A DNA stretch of 63,254 bases, the filler included, from Octopus bimaculoides (lineage: Eukaryota): the NCBI RefSeq assembly GCF_001194135.2. It is 7 parts of 5 records of this genome, joined end to end, with 100 filler letters (N's around TTAATTAATTAA, not from the genome) between each part and the next. Parts side by side here need not be neighbours in the genome. Positions count along the whole stretch, not along the records: positions 58,116 to 63,254 come from NC_068994.1; 6 more parts are not named here. The stretch is one strand, 5' to 3'. The notes below the pieces were generated by a model. It was given only the letters and a program-made list of their open reading frames with translations, was not told the DNA's origin and ran no database searches. Shown piece by piece: positions 63,193 through 63,254 of the stretch. Every line of letters begins with the position of its first letter. Within the stretch, counting starts at the first letter, position 1. A program made the translations under genes and the position numbers.

Positions 63193-63254
<62 letters not shown>

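Noticed and set aside
62720-63200. Repeating units of 220-300 bp among TA/CA tracts
   Set aside because: Ordinary compound-microsatellite duplication with no further structure seen.
283-63253. Most ORF-track entries (poly-CV, HT, YI, LS, X runs)
   Set aside because: They are translations of microsatellites or N gaps, often with non-ATG starts, and have no domain content.

Overview
Eukaryotic, AT-rich, gap-ridden scaffold saturated with repeats. The SINE families, the microsatellite load and the TTAGGG-type repeats are most consistent with an octopus (coleoid cephalopod) draft assembly; this is inference from recalled repeat families, not a database hit. Almost every entry in the supplied ORF track is a microsatellite, N-gap or antisense-repeat artefact, and I found no complete host ORF, rRNA, true tRNA or CRISPR array. 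What can be supported is a diverse transposon landscape. DNA elements: full-length mariner and Tc1 copies with TIRs and TA TSDs, further mariner/Tc1 fragments, pogo-, hAT- and piggyBac-like MITEs, a foldback element, a GGATC-terminated element with an 8-bp TSD, and a Helitron relic. Retroelements: a solo LTR, Penelope-like GIY-YIG relics, RTE, RTE-X, CR1/L2, R4/Dong and CRE-like LINE remnants, and several SINE families. There is also a tentative minus-strand host gene skeleton (about 14.7 kb down to 1.8 kb). Best leads: (i) the GGATC/8-bp-TSD family, one member of which carries a telomere-like 20-mer array; (ii) a SINE-interrupted array of YY1/Pho-type motifs beside the candidate first exon; (iii) a CCCH zinc-finger ORF; (iv) a hammerhead-like motif in a Penelope-type tail; (v) long inverted repeats able to form dsRNA. 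All family assignments come from manual translation and motif recognition and need profile searches to confirm.
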